Below the pieces are notes generated by a model. That model had not been told where the DNA came from, ran no database searches, and worked only from the letters and a program-made list of their open reading frames with translations. DNA of 64,000 bases from Candidatus Levyibacteriota bacterium (lineage in GTDB: Bacteria > Patescibacteriota > Microgenomatia > Levybacterales > GWA1-39-11): positions 61,860 through 125,859 of the forward strand of contig DAIQMY010000001.1 of the NCBI GenBank assembly GCA_036788695.1. The letters run 5' to 3'. Shown here piece by piece: positions 37,007 through 46,130 of the stretch (position 1 is its first letter; each line of letters opens with the position of its first letter). The position numbers and the translations under genes were made by a program.

Positions 37007-37981
37007 TTATATCTGCATTACCTGAAAATCTGAACGCGCAACTAGCATACTTTCAATTTTGTCTTTCGTCAAGAGCCCATCTTGAGCGCCAAGCTTACTC
37101 ATTACACCATGCGCATTTACTGCACCCCATGCCATAGCGGTTTTTATGTTTTTCCCAAGCAAAAGTGCTCCAAAAAAAGCAGAGGCATATGAATCCCCCG
37201 CTCCTGTTTTATCTACAGAACGAAAATTTTCATCGTATGAGGGAATAGCGTAATATGCGTTTTCTGAATAGCTATATGCTCCATTTTGACCATCAGTCAC
37301 AGAAACAATATCTGGACCAAACTGAGACAACTTGTATAATAATTCTCGCATGTTACCTGCCACTTCTTTTTTTTTGGCAAGAAGCCTCTCCCCTTCTTCT
37401 TTGTTTACAAATAAAATTTTTGATGCTGCTAACACCTCAAAAATAATTTCATTACTATCCTTCAATTGGTGTGACCCCGGAGAAAATGCTAAAAGTAAAG
37501 GATGAGATTGGACATATAATAAAACATCTTTGTATGCCTTCCGCCAATCTTCCCCGATTGAAGTCAAATATAAAGATTGAATATCGCTTACTCGCGTTGC
37601 ATCAAAGTCGTACGGAAGTGCTTCATGATGCGAGAAAATAACTCTGTCCTTATCAAAATCAAAAATCAGAGAGAGTGAAGAGCTTTTTGTTTTTAACGTA
37701 CTCTCTATAAGATCTACTCCTACCCCCTCTATAGTCTCCCTCATCTGACGTCCTAACACGTCCTCACCCATATAGGTATAAAAGGATACATCAAGGCCAA
37801 GTCTCTTGAGTGCTACTGAAACGTTTGAACCGTTTCCTCCTAGTTTCATTTCTGAAAGTTTTATGGGAATTTTATCCCCTAGTCCAAAAGAAACGTCCTT
37901 ATCAGTTTGGGTATATGAAGTGTTTGATTCTGGGGAAAGAAATATATCTATATCAGATGATCCAACAACAAGTGTATGCAT
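37007..37981 (-). CDS. PfkB-family carbohydrate kinase (candidate phosphofructokinase/fructokinase in the glycolytic cluster)
   Basis: GG dipeptide region GGNGSN and PfkB signature DKTGAGDSYASAFFGALL. Confidence 0.75.
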   Translation of the reverse strand: MHTLVVGSSDIDIFLSPESNTSYTQTDKDVSFGLGDKIPIKLSEMKLGGNGSNVSVALKRLGLDVSFYTYMGEDVLGRQMRETIEGVGVDLIESTLKTKSSSLSLIFDFDKDRVIFSHHEALPYDFDATRVSDIQSLYLTSIGEDWRKAYKDVLLYVQSHPLLLAFSPGSHQLKDSNEIIFEVLAASKILFVNKEEGERLLAKKKEVAGNMRELLYKLSQFGPDIVSVTDGQNGAYSYSENAYYAIPSYDENFRSVDKTGAGDSYASAFFGALLLGKNIKTAMAWGAVNAHGVMSKLGAQDGLLTKDKIESMLVARSDFQVMQI

Positions 37982-38110
37982 AATAATTTTGAGCCATTTT
38001 TATTGTAGTATGTATGATTCTATCTTTGCAACTGATGCTTCTGCATTCGTTTTACAACTGAACCTCTAGTATGGTCTCCCTTAAACAAAAGGCTCAATCA
38101 TTTTTACTAC

Positions 38111-38198
38111 TTGCGTCCATATTATCCCTTCAGTATAATCTGATTCAAATTCCCCTGTTTTATCCGATAGGTGTACTCTATCCGAATGAATCGGATAA
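38111..38198 (+). promoter_or_regulatory. Sigma-70-like promoter (TTGCGT-17-TATAAT, 38111..38139) followed by a TATCCGA-type operator (inverted repeat TTATCCGAT 38160..38168 / ATCGGATAA 38190..38198 plus direct half-site 38179..38187) in front of PBP1A-1
   Basis: Hexamers and 17-bp spacer read directly. Three copies of the TATCCGA half-site overlap the first possible start codons. Confidence 0.35.
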
Positions 38199-40585
38199 TT
38201 GGGAGCGCCATGAGACTTATAGTAGATCTTTTTTATCTTCTGATTTGGCTCCTCATTTTAGTTGGGGATAGCGTGCTTTATCTTTTTTCTCAATTGGAAA
38301 GGATTTTAACAAAAAGCTCTAAAATAGTAATAAAAATATACAAAAACCCCTCAAAGCTTCCTCGTTTTACCTTACAAAACAAAAATCATCATCTCAAGAA
38401 AAAACAGATACTATTTAAAACAAAAAGAAAGCACAATTACTACATTCAGTACTACACAAAAAAGATCAGTAAAAAAACAAAAAAACTATTCAACTCAGTA
38501 ACGTATCCATTCGTGAAGCTTTACGAATTTGAAAAACAAAGACGTGATGAGTTTATTTTTGAGGAGAAAATTTTGTCTGAAGAGAAAAAGCTCAGAAAAG
38601 CACACAGGGGGCGTCCTTCCTTCTGGTATAGAGTTAAAATATTTTTTTGGGGAGTTACTTTCGCAACCATTTTCATCTTTCTTCCATTAGTTGCCCTCGT
38701 CTTTCTCTCAGATCTTCCGAACCCATCAGGAATTTCAACAACATATATACCAAAAACTACAAAAATTTATGATAGAAATGGAATATTGCTCTATGAGATA
38801 TTCGCAAATCAAAATAGATCAATTGTTCCATTACATAAAGTTCCTAAACACCTCCAACAGGCAACGATTGCAATTGAGGATAGAGATTTTTACACGCACC
38901 CGGGCTTTGATGTTCGAGGCATGCTGCGCGCACTTGTTTCAAACCTGAAACACAATGATCTTCAGGGCGGATCAACAATTACCCAACAGCTTATAAAGTC
39001 CTCCCTTCTTACCCCTGAGCCAACTATCACACGAAAAGTAAAGGAAGTGCTTTTGGCCTTTTGGGCAGAGCGGGTTTATAGTAAGGAACAGATATTAGAG
39101 CTTTACTTCAATTATGTCCCTTACGGAGGGACTGCGTGGGGAGTTCAGGCTGCAAGTGAGATATATTTTGGCAAACCTGTTGAAAAGCTAGACCTTGCTG
39201 AGTCTTCCTTTCTTGCCGGTATCCCACGCGCTCCTAGTGTATATTCTCCCTACTCTACAACCCCTACTTTGTGGAAAAAAAGACAAAAAGATGTATTGTC
39301 AGCAATGGTAAGAATGGGTGCAATCAGTAAAAATGAATCAGTTAAAGCATATAACAAAAAACTTACCTTTGCAGGCTCACGCGTAGGAATTAAAGCACCG
39401 CATTTTGTAATGTACATAAAGGATTTGCTCGTTCAAAAATATGGTTTGTCTGAAGTAGAGCTTGGCGGTCTCCAGGTAAAAACAAGTCTTGACATGAAAA
39501 TGCAAGACAAAGTACAGGAAATTGTAACAAATGAAGTAAACGGAAACGCAGCACTTAACATATCAAATGGTGCATCAGTCGTTACAGATCCTAGAAACGG
39601 TGATGTGCTTGCAATGGTTGGCTCCAAAGATTACTTTGACACGGATCATGATGGAAATGTAAATCTAGTCACCTCCCTGCGTCAACCCGGATCTACTATT
39701 AAAATTGTAACCTATGCTCTTGCTCTCTCTTCAGGATACACTCAAGCAACAATGCTTGACGATTCACCTCTCACGATAACCCCAGCACAAGGTCCCGCCT
39801 ATACACCCGTGAATTACGACGGAAGCTACAGAGGAAACGTACCTTTACGCTTAGCATTCGCAAATTCACTTAACATCCCTGCTGTACGGGTCGCTCAAAA
39901 AATGGGAGTCAATAACATCATTGAACAAGGAAAGCGAATGGGAATAAAGACGTGGAATGAACCTGAAAAGTACGGTCTATCAATAACTTTAGGTGGGGCT
40001 GAAACTACAATGCTAAATCTCGCAAGCGTTTATGGAACAGTCGCAAACTCTGGAAAACGGGTTGACATAGATCCAATTCTTTCAATTACTGATTCTTTCG
40101 GAAACTCACTCTATAAAAAAACACCTCAAGAATCCCAAGTTTTAGATACGGGAGTCGCATTTATCATTTCAGACATTTTATCCGACAACAGGGCAAGATC
40201 AATCGAGTTTGGCAGTAACTCACCTTTAAATGTCCCAAATCACCGAGTATCTGTAAAAACGGGAACAACTGATAATAAGCGGGATAATTGGACAGTAGGA
40301 TTTACTCCTAATCTAGTAGTTGCAACCTGGGTAGGCAATAATGATAATTCTCCCATGAGCCAATCATTGGCATCTGGGATAACAGGCGCTGCCCCCATGT
40401 GGAACAGAATTATTACAAACCTCCTTCAAGCAAGAAGTGAAGGTCCTCTTCTTATCCCCAACAATGTAACCAGAAAACCATGTTACGGATTTGAGATGTA
40501 CTTTCTACAAGGAACAGAGGGAACATGCAGGTACACACCAATCACTCCATCCCCCACAAAACCGGCAACGGCACTTGCTCAGTAG
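38186..40585 (+). CDS. Class A penicillin-binding protein (PBP1A-type transglycosylase/transpeptidase) with ~150-aa Lys-rich, two-TM N-terminal extension
   Basis: GT51 motifs IEDRDFYTHPGFD and GGSTITQQL. Transpeptidase motifs STIK (SxxK), SLN (SxN), KTGTT. The ORF-track start 38171 is GTG. ATG candidates are 38186 and 38210. Confidence 0.85.
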   Translation: MNRIIGSAMRLIVDLFYLLIWLLILVGDSVLYLFSQLERILTKSSKIVIKIYKNPSKLPRFTLQNKNHHLKKKQILFKTKRKHNYYIQYYTKKISKKTKKLFNSVTYPFVKLYEFEKQRRDEFIFEEKILSEEKKLRKAHRGRPSFWYRVKIFFWGVTFATIFIFLPLVALVFLSDLPNPSGISTTYIPKTTKIYDRNGILLYEIFANQNRSIVPLHKVPKHLQQATIAIEDRDFYTHPGFDVRGMLRALVSNLKHNDLQGGSTITQQLIKSSLLTPEPTITRKVKEVLLAFWAERVYSKEQILELYFNYVPYGGTAWGVQAASEIYFGKPVEKLDLAESSFLAGIPRAPSVYSPYSTTPTLWKKRQKDVLSAMVRMGAISKNESVKAYNKKLTFAGSRVGIKAPHFVMYIKDLLVQKYGLSEVELGGLQVKTSLDMKMQDKVQEIVTNEVNGNAALNISNGASVVTDPRNGDVLAMVGSKDYFDTDHDGNVNLVTSLRQPGSTIKIVTYALALSSGYTQATMLDDSPLTITPAQGPAYTPVNYDGSYRGNVPLRLAFANSLNIPAVRVAQKMGVNNIIEQGKRMGIKTWNEPEKYGLSITLGGAETTMLNLASVYGTVANSGKRVDIDPILSITDSFGNSLYKKTPQESQVLDTGVAFIISDILSDNRARSIEFGSNSPLNVPNHRVSVKTGTTDNKRDNWTVGFTPNLVVATWVGNNDNSPMSQSLASGITGAAPMWNRIITNLLQARSEGPLLIPNNVTRKPCYGFEMYFLQGTEGTCRYTPITPSPTKPATALAQ

Positions 40586-40594
40586 ACATTATTT

Positions 40595-41656
40595 GTGTAT
40601 AAAAGTACTATGACGCTCGGAAGCATATCAGATGTACATAGTTTTCAAAATAAAAAAGTTTTAGTAAGAATTGATTCAGATGTGGACATTAAAAATAATG
40701 TCATCCTTGACGACTCGAGGCTTTTGTCTTCACTTGAAACAATTAAATACATTATAAATCACGGGGGAGTCGCTCTTCTTATTGGACACTCAGGGCGACC
40801 GGATGGTAAGGTAAATCCCGAATACACCCTGGAAATCGTCGCAAATTGGTATGCAAAACACCTTGGAGGAAAGGTTAAAGAGGAAACGCTGGATGAATTC
40901 CCCTGTTGGCAAATTAATGATAGTCTACTATTACTTGAGAATGTTCGTTTCTACAAAGGGGAGGAGGAAAATGACGAAACGTTTGCAAAAAAAATAGCTT
41001 CTCTTGGAGATATCTTCGTCAATGAAGCCTTCGCAGTTTCTCATCGTGCGCATGCAACCACAGTTGGAATAGCAAAATTACTTCCATCATACGCAGGGTT
41101 TCATCTTCAAAAAGAAGTACAAACACTAGAAAATGTTATGAAAAATCCAAAACGTCCGCTTGCAGTTCTTATTGGAGGAGCAAAAATTGAAACAAAACTC
41201 CCCATGGTTGAAAAAATGCATCATATAGCAGATTACGTGCTTGTTGGAGGAAAAATTGCCGAAGAAACAAAAACCCTCATTAAGGTTCAACATGAAAAAA
41301 TAGTTGGTCAAAAATCTGCTGTATTGGTAGCTGATAACACTCCAAACGGTGAAGATATCACTGAAAAAGACGCAGAAAATTTTATACAAATTCTTGCACT
41401 TGCTAAAACTATTGTATGGAATGGACCCGTCGGCAAGATGGGAAATCCAAAAACTGAAGAAAACACGCTAGAAATAGCCAGAGCAATTGCTGAATCAGAT
41501 GCATACACAATAGTTGGTGGTGGAGACTCAATAACGCTTCTAAAAGAGCACAACATGTTAGGTAGTTTTTCTTTTATCTCAACAGGTGGAGGCGCAATGC
41601 TAGAATTTCTATCTGGCAAAAATCTTCCTGGAATAAGCGTACTTGAACGGACCTAA
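40595..41656 (+). CDS. pgk: Phosphoglycerate kinase (compact form)
   Basis: N-terminal KKVLVRIDSDV...LLIGHSGRP pattern and C-terminal STGGGAMLEFLSGKNLPGISVLE. Confidence 0.8.
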   Translation: MYKSTMTLGSISDVHSFQNKKVLVRIDSDVDIKNNVILDDSRLLSSLETIKYIINHGGVALLIGHSGRPDGKVNPEYTLEIVANWYAKHLGGKVKEETLDEFPCWQINDSLLLLENVRFYKGEEENDETFAKKIASLGDIFVNEAFAVSHRAHATTVGIAKLLPSYAGFHLQKEVQTLENVMKNPKRPLAVLIGGAKIETKLPMVEKMHHIADYVLVGGKIAEETKTLIKVQHEKIVGQKSAVLVADNTPNGEDITEKDAENFIQILALAKTIVWNGPVGKMGNPKTEENTLEIARAIAESDAYTIVGGGDSITLLKEHNMLGSFSFISTGGGAMLEFLSGKNLPGISVLERT

Positions 41657-41985
41657 GTACTCCTATGGTGTGTTAAAAGAAACTTGGGTATGGTCGTAAA
41701 GAGGGTTAAGACTTATATCAAGCATGCCATGATTTAAAGATATTATGGGAGTTGATCTTGCAAATAATTTACCAGTTGCGCTACTATCAATCGTTGAAAG
41801 AACAAGCGCTGAAGCCAAACCCCTTGATTCCTCTAAATCCGTTTTAACATTGTCCTGCGCAACATTATACATCTCAAGCACTTTGTTCTTATCTTCTGAT
41901 GCAATGGTAGCAAGTGCTAAACGTATATCTGTGTGCTCATCCGATGAAAATTACCATGCCAAATCTTTCTCTACAAGCAATGAAA

Positions 41986-41994
41986 TGGTATAAT
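41986..41994 (+). promoter_or_regulatory. Extended -10 element (TGgTATAAT) placed 7 nt from an ATG: leaderless-transcript promoter candidate
   Basis: TATAAT at 41989..41994 with TG at 41986..41987. ATG of the downstream ORF is at 42001. Confidence 0.3.
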
Positions 41995-42000
41995 TTACCC

Positions 42001-42462
42001 ATGAATGAAAGATTTTCAAAACAGACGGAGCCAAACAGTGAAAAATTAAAGCTACGGCTTATTAAAGCTGCTGAGCCTTTAAAAAGAGAGCGAAGAAGTT
42101 TAAGCATAAGTAAAAGTTCCCTAATTCAATCGTCAAATAATCTTGCCAACACATCAAGTGAGGAAATGTTTGTTATGCTTGTTGAGGAAATGAAGCGGTA
42201 TAAAACGTTAATTTCTAGAAAGGCAGCTGATCATGCGCTTGCAGGAATACAGCAACTAGCAGATGGTCTTGCAGATACTCTTCCGGGAAATGACTCTGGT
42301 GTAAAATTTGTTGTGGAATCCATGAACTATATTGAAGGCAATAACCCTAAACTCAGCACTGAAATTACTTGGCAGATAGATGCAGCAACTAAAAGAAGTC
42401 ATGAAAGAGAAGTAAAACGTGAAGAATTTTATAGAAAATGGAGAAAAAACCAAACGAGTTAA
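42001..42462 (+). CDS. Hypothetical charged protein (153 aa from MNERFSKQ...)
   Basis: The ORF is open from 41914. The start was chosen at the ATG adjacent to the extended -10. No domain recognised. Confidence 0.3.
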   Translation: MNERFSKQTEPNSEKLKLRLIKAAEPLKRERRSLSISKSSLIQSSNNLANTSSEEMFVMLVEEMKRYKTLISRKAADHALAGIQQLADGLADTLPGNDSGVKFVVESMNYIEGNNPKLSTEITWQIDAATKRSHEREVKREEFYRKWRKNQTS

Positions 42463-42482
42463 AGTAACGCTACCCAAAAACC

Positions 42483-43052
42483 TTATTTCTTCTCAAGTAC
42501 GTCCTGTACGATTTTCAAAGTTTCTTCTTTGCTGTGCTCAAAGGTGTTTATAACAAAATCATAGTATTTAGGGTCGAAATATACCCAATCCTGATCATCA
42601 TGCGCGTACATATGCCTCCACTTTGCAAGATCGTTCTTCTCTCTTTCTAGTACCTCTTTTTTTGCATCCTCCATTGCTTTTCCCTCACGGTTTACTAATC
42701 TATCAATTCTCATTTGAGTCTGGTCTACTCCGAGTCTATCCTCACAAATAACGAGTATTTTAAACACACCATCAACTCCTTGCGCATTGTAGCCTGCAAG
42801 CTTGGTCTCCAAAACAATGTTTCTATTCTCTTTAAGAATTTTTTTAAGCTGTTCATCAAAAAGCGCATCTTCTTCATCTGGGCGAAGATGTGTATCCTTT
42901 GCGTCAACATTCATTCGGGAACGTATAGCCTCCCAAAAGATTTCCCCACCTTCTATATGCTTCCAACCTAAATGGTGAGCTATCCCATTTGCAAGAGTTG
43001 TTGAACCGGCTCCAATTCTTCCTGAAACAGTAATTATCCTTGTGTTTTCCAT
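42483..43052 (-). CDS. Cytidylate kinase, archaeal-type (P-loop NMP kinase)
   Basis: P-loop ITVSGRIGAGSTT and HIEGGEIFWE resemble archaeal CMP kinases. 189 aa. Confidence 0.65.
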   Translation of the reverse strand: MENTRIITVSGRIGAGSTTLANGIAHHLGWKHIEGGEIFWEAIRSRMNVDAKDTHLRPDEEDALFDEQLKKILKENRNIVLETKLAGYNAQGVDGVFKILVICEDRLGVDQTQMRIDRLVNREGKAMEDAKKEVLEREKNDLAKWRHMYAHDDQDWVYFDPKYYDFVINTFEHSKEETLKIVQDVLEKK

Positions 43053-43114
43053 ACTATATTTAAAAATTACTTGAGATATTTGGGTATTAAATCATTATTT
43101 AATAGTCAGGTCAA

Positions 43115-44200
43115 TTAGTAATTAGTTTTTACCTGATATTTTTTCCCGAGGATTACAGTTTCTTCTACAAGCCTATTTGCATACCCAAATTCATTGTCGT
43201 ACCATGCAATAACCTTTACCATGTTCCCGCCTACTACTTGCGTCAATGAAAGATCCACAATGGAGGAATGTGAATCACCAATAATATCACTTGAAACAAT
43301 TGGGTCCATTGTTGCTCTCAATATTCCTTTCCATTTTGGAGCATCTGCGGCATTTTTAAGCTCTGAATTTACCTGCTCAACGGTAACATTTTTTTTAAGT
43401 AAAAAAGTAAAATCTGATAAAGACCCTACAACTGTCGGCACTCGTACTGCAAGACCATTAAATATTCCTTCAAGTGCTGGGATTGCTTTGGCTGCCGCTT
43501 TGGCTGCCCCGGTTGATGTTGGAATAATATTTTGGGCCGCAGCGCGTGCTCGCCTATAATCTTTGTGCCCACCGTCTTGTACTCTCTGGTCTGAAGTATA
43601 ACTGTGAATAGTCGTCATCATCGCCTTTTCAATACCAAATGCTTGTTCCATAACAGCGGCTACGGGCGCTATGCAGTTTGTTGTACATGAAGCATTACTT
43701 ATTACATTTTCCAGACTATCAGTTTTACCCGGATCCAAATTTACACCCAACACATAAGTTGCGGAAGCCGCCTCATCCTTAAAAGGCGCAGATAGAACAA
43801 TGGATTTTGCACCTGAATCAAGGTGTGGTTGAATTTTTTCTGGTGTTGTAAACGCTCCTGTTGATTCAATCACTACATCAACGTCCAACTCTTTCCATGG
43901 GAGCTTAGTTGGATCTTTTTCGGAGAAAAATGGGATTACCTTATCATCTACTACTATCGCGCCTATCGTGGGAATAGACGTTGTAACAGCTACTTCCTCA
44001 GGTTTTTGTATAAATAATGCATGGTGGGAAAGCGGTCCGTACGTAGTATCGTACTTGAGTAAATACATCCATCCTTGCATGTCAGTACTGGATCCTGCGT
44101 TTATTGCCACTACCTCTATTTCATCTGAATGTTTTTCAATAATAATTCTATGAGCAACACGTCCAATTCTGCCATACCCATTTATTGCAACTTTTATCAT
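43115..44200 (-). CDS. gap: Glyceraldehyde-3-phosphate dehydrogenase (type I)
   Basis: MIKVAINGYGRIGR NAD-binding N-terminus and catalytic SNASCTTNCIAP. Confidence 0.9.
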   Translation of the reverse strand: MIKVAINGYGRIGRVAHRIIIEKHSDEIEVVAINAGSSTDMQGWMYLLKYDTTYGPLSHHALFIQKPEEVAVTTSIPTIGAIVVDDKVIPFFSEKDPTKLPWKELDVDVVIESTGAFTTPEKIQPHLDSGAKSIVLSAPFKDEAASATYVLGVNLDPGKTDSLENVISNASCTTNCIAPVAAVMEQAFGIEKAMMTTIHSYTSDQRVQDGGHKDYRRARAAAQNIIPTSTGAAKAAAKAIPALEGIFNGLAVRVPTVVGSLSDFTFLLKKNVTVEQVNSELKNAADAPKWKGILRATMDPIVSSDIIGDSHSSIVDLSLTQVVGGNMVKVIAWYDNEFGYANRLVEETVILGKKYQVKTNY

Positions 44201-44311
44201 ATGTTCAGAGTATCAAAAAAATGATTAGATGAAAAGAGGAAAGATTATTGAGATAAAAGCATCTCAAAATTAACTTACTTAATTGGATTTTTATGGTTCT
44301 GAGCCTGCTTA

Positions 44312-44340
44312 TTGTCAACTGCCTTACAATTTAGTACAAT
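44312..44340 (+). promoter_or_regulatory. Sigma-70-like promoter TTGTCA-17-TACAAT placed 7 nt from the rpmH ATG (leaderless candidate)
   Basis: Hexamers and spacer read directly. The -10 ends at 44340 and the ATG begins at 44347. No SD sequence. Confidence 0.35.
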
Positions 44341-44346
44341 ACACAT

Positions 44347-44490
44347 ATGTCTGAAAAACGCATGAAGCACAAAAAGGTGAAAGGAATAAAAAAGCATGGA
44401 TTTATATCCCGAAATAAAACCCATAGCGGAAAAGCAGTTTTAAAAAGAAGAAGGCTTAAGGGAAGAAAGAAATTAGCCCCCTCAAACTAA
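44347..44490 (+). CDS. rpmH: 50S ribosomal protein L34 (missed by ORF track, 47 aa)
   Basis: Manual translation gives MSEKRMKHKKVKGIKKHGFISRNKTHSGKAVLKRRRLKGRKKLAPSN. KHGF...GKxVLxRRRxKGRKxL is the L34 signature. It sits directly upstream of rnpA as in most bacteria. Confidence 0.8.
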   Translation: MSEKRMKHKKVKGIKKHGFISRNKTHSGKAVLKRRRLKGRKKLAPSN

Positions 44491-44501
44491 CTTTTTACTT
44501 C

Positions 44502-44816
44502 ATGTTTAAAAAAATTCAAAGGTTTTCCTTTAAAAGTGGTGCCCCAAAACAAAAAATTATTACCCCCTCTTTTGTCTTTCGATATCAAAAATCTGAAACT
44601 CCAACATATGCTGTCATTGCTGGGAAAAAAGTATCTAAAAAGGCAGTACTCCGAAATAAGGGTAAACGTATGGTGCGCGAAGCAATTATAAATGCATGTA
44701 AGAATTTACAAAACTCATATACCATTGTAGTTATTTTAAGATTACCCTTCCAAGAGTACAAAAAATCAGCTATAATAGACGAAGTTGAACAGGTTGTTGC
44801 ACGACTAAACAAATAA
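44502..44816 (+). CDS. rnpA: Ribonuclease P protein component
   Basis: RNR-like motif AVLRNKGKRMVREA. 104 aa. Position between rpmH and yidC. Confidence 0.8.
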   Translation: MFKKIQRFSFKSGAPKQKIITPSFVFRYQKSETPTYAVIAGKKVSKKAVLRNKGKRMVREAIINACKNLQNSYTIVVILRLPFQEYKKSAIIDEVEQVVARLNK

Positions 44817-44818
44817 TT

Positions 44819-45679
44819 ATGGACTTTCAGGCAATAGGATCATTATTTAACATATTATTTATTAATCCAATCACAAATATCTTGGTTGGAATTTACCAAC
44901 TTTTACTTTTTGTACACGCACCATATCCTCTTGGTTTCTCAATTATAGGACTTACCATTCTTATTCGTCTTGTCCTCTATCCTTTTACATCCCAGCAGAT
45001 AAGATCAGCTCATAAAATGCAGAAAGTTGCTCCTCACGTTGCAGCGATAAAAGAAAAACACAAAGGTGATGCAAAGCAACAACAAGCAGAAACAATGAAG
45101 CTCTACAAAGAGCACGGAATAAACCCAATGGCAGGATGCCTACCTCTTTTAATACAACTTCCTATTATTTGGAGTTTATATAACGTTCTAACACATGTTG
45201 TAAACACTGACCCTAACACATTAAAAAGCATAAATAAGGTACTCTATTTCCCATGGCTGCATATAAATCAAGCAGACTGGAATGTTTACTTTTTTGGCAT
45301 TTTGCTTTCTTCAACCCCCGCAAAACTTATAGCATCAAACCCACTTTTTCTTTTAATTCCTCTTGTGACAGGACTTCTACAGTTCATACTCTCTAAAATG
45401 ATGCTTCCACACCCAGACGATGTCGTTAAAAAAGAAAAAGGAAAAGATTCATCCAAAAAAACCGCTAAGAGCGATGACTTCCAAACCGCTTTCCAAAATC
45501 AATCATTATTTATTTTTCCCATTATGATCGCGTTCTTTTCATATAACTTACCACTTGGTTTATCTCTCTATTGGAATACGTTCACAATTTTTGGTATAAT
45601 TCAGCAGTATTTGATTGTAGGCGCAGGAGGGGCACATCCCTGGTTTAAGAAAGTAAACTTACATGGAAGAAAAAATTAA
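44819..45679 (+). CDS. yidC: Membrane protein insertase YidC/Oxa1 (short form)
   Basis: Conserved core PLxxxQLPIxxxLY (GCLPLLIQLPIIWSLYNVL) and 5 TM helices. Confidence 0.85.
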   Translation: MDFQAIGSLFNILFINPITNILVGIYQLLLFVHAPYPLGFSIIGLTILIRLVLYPFTSQQIRSAHKMQKVAPHVAAIKEKHKGDAKQQQAETMKLYKEHGINPMAGCLPLLIQLPIIWSLYNVLTHVVNTDPNTLKSINKVLYFPWLHINQADWNVYFFGILLSSTPAKLIASNPLFLLIPLVTGLLQFILSKMMLPHPDDVVKKEKGKDSSKKTAKSDDFQTAFQNQSLFIFPIMIAFFSYNLPLGLSLYWNTFTIFGIIQQYLIVGAGGAHPWFKKVNLHGRKN

Positions 45680-46115
45680 AATAATAACTGAAAAAATTGA
45701 AGAGCTCATGGACCTTATGGATGTAGAGGCAGAAGTCTCTGTGTCAGAAAGAGATGAAGCACTTGTAGTAGGCATTGACGCAAAGGACAATAACGCACTA
45801 CTAATCGGAAAACATGGGAATACATTATCCGCTCTAGAATATGTAATTTATATTCTTGTCGCAAAAGATCTACCTGAGGGAAAACGAATTCTTATTGAAA
45901 TAGGCGGATATAGAGAAGAACGCGAAGCATACCTTGCTGACTTGGCCGCAAGACTTAAGGAAGAAGTTCTTGAAACAGGCGTTGAAAAATCTGTAAGAGG
46001 CTTAAAGCCATGGGAAAGACGACACGTACACATGACACTCGCTGAAGATACTGATGTTATGACAGAATCCACTGGTGATGATCGTGATCGCGTATTGATA
46101 ATCAAAAAGAAGTAA
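45663..46115 (+). CDS. Jag/KhpB-like RNA-binding protein (KH + R3H domains)
   Basis: KH-like GKHGNTLSALEYV and C-terminal R3H LKPWERRHVHMTL. Position after yidC. Confidence 0.8.
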   Translation: MEEKIKIITEKIEELMDLMDVEAEVSVSERDEALVVGIDAKDNNALLIGKHGNTLSALEYVIYILVAKDLPEGKRILIEIGGYREEREAYLADLAARLKEEVLETGVEKSVRGLKPWERRHVHMTLAEDTDVMTESTGDDRDRVLIIKKK

Positions 46116-46130
46116 TCTACAATGTTCTAG

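Noticed and set aside
38171-38173. ORF-track starts that are GTG rather than ATG (PBP1A-1 at 38171, rpoD at 29167, minus-strand ORF at 41881)
   Set aside because: The track translates alternative starts as M. Downstream ATGs with better context were preferred for rpoD (29137) and PBP1A-1 (38186/38210). The 41663..41881 ORF was not called as a gene.
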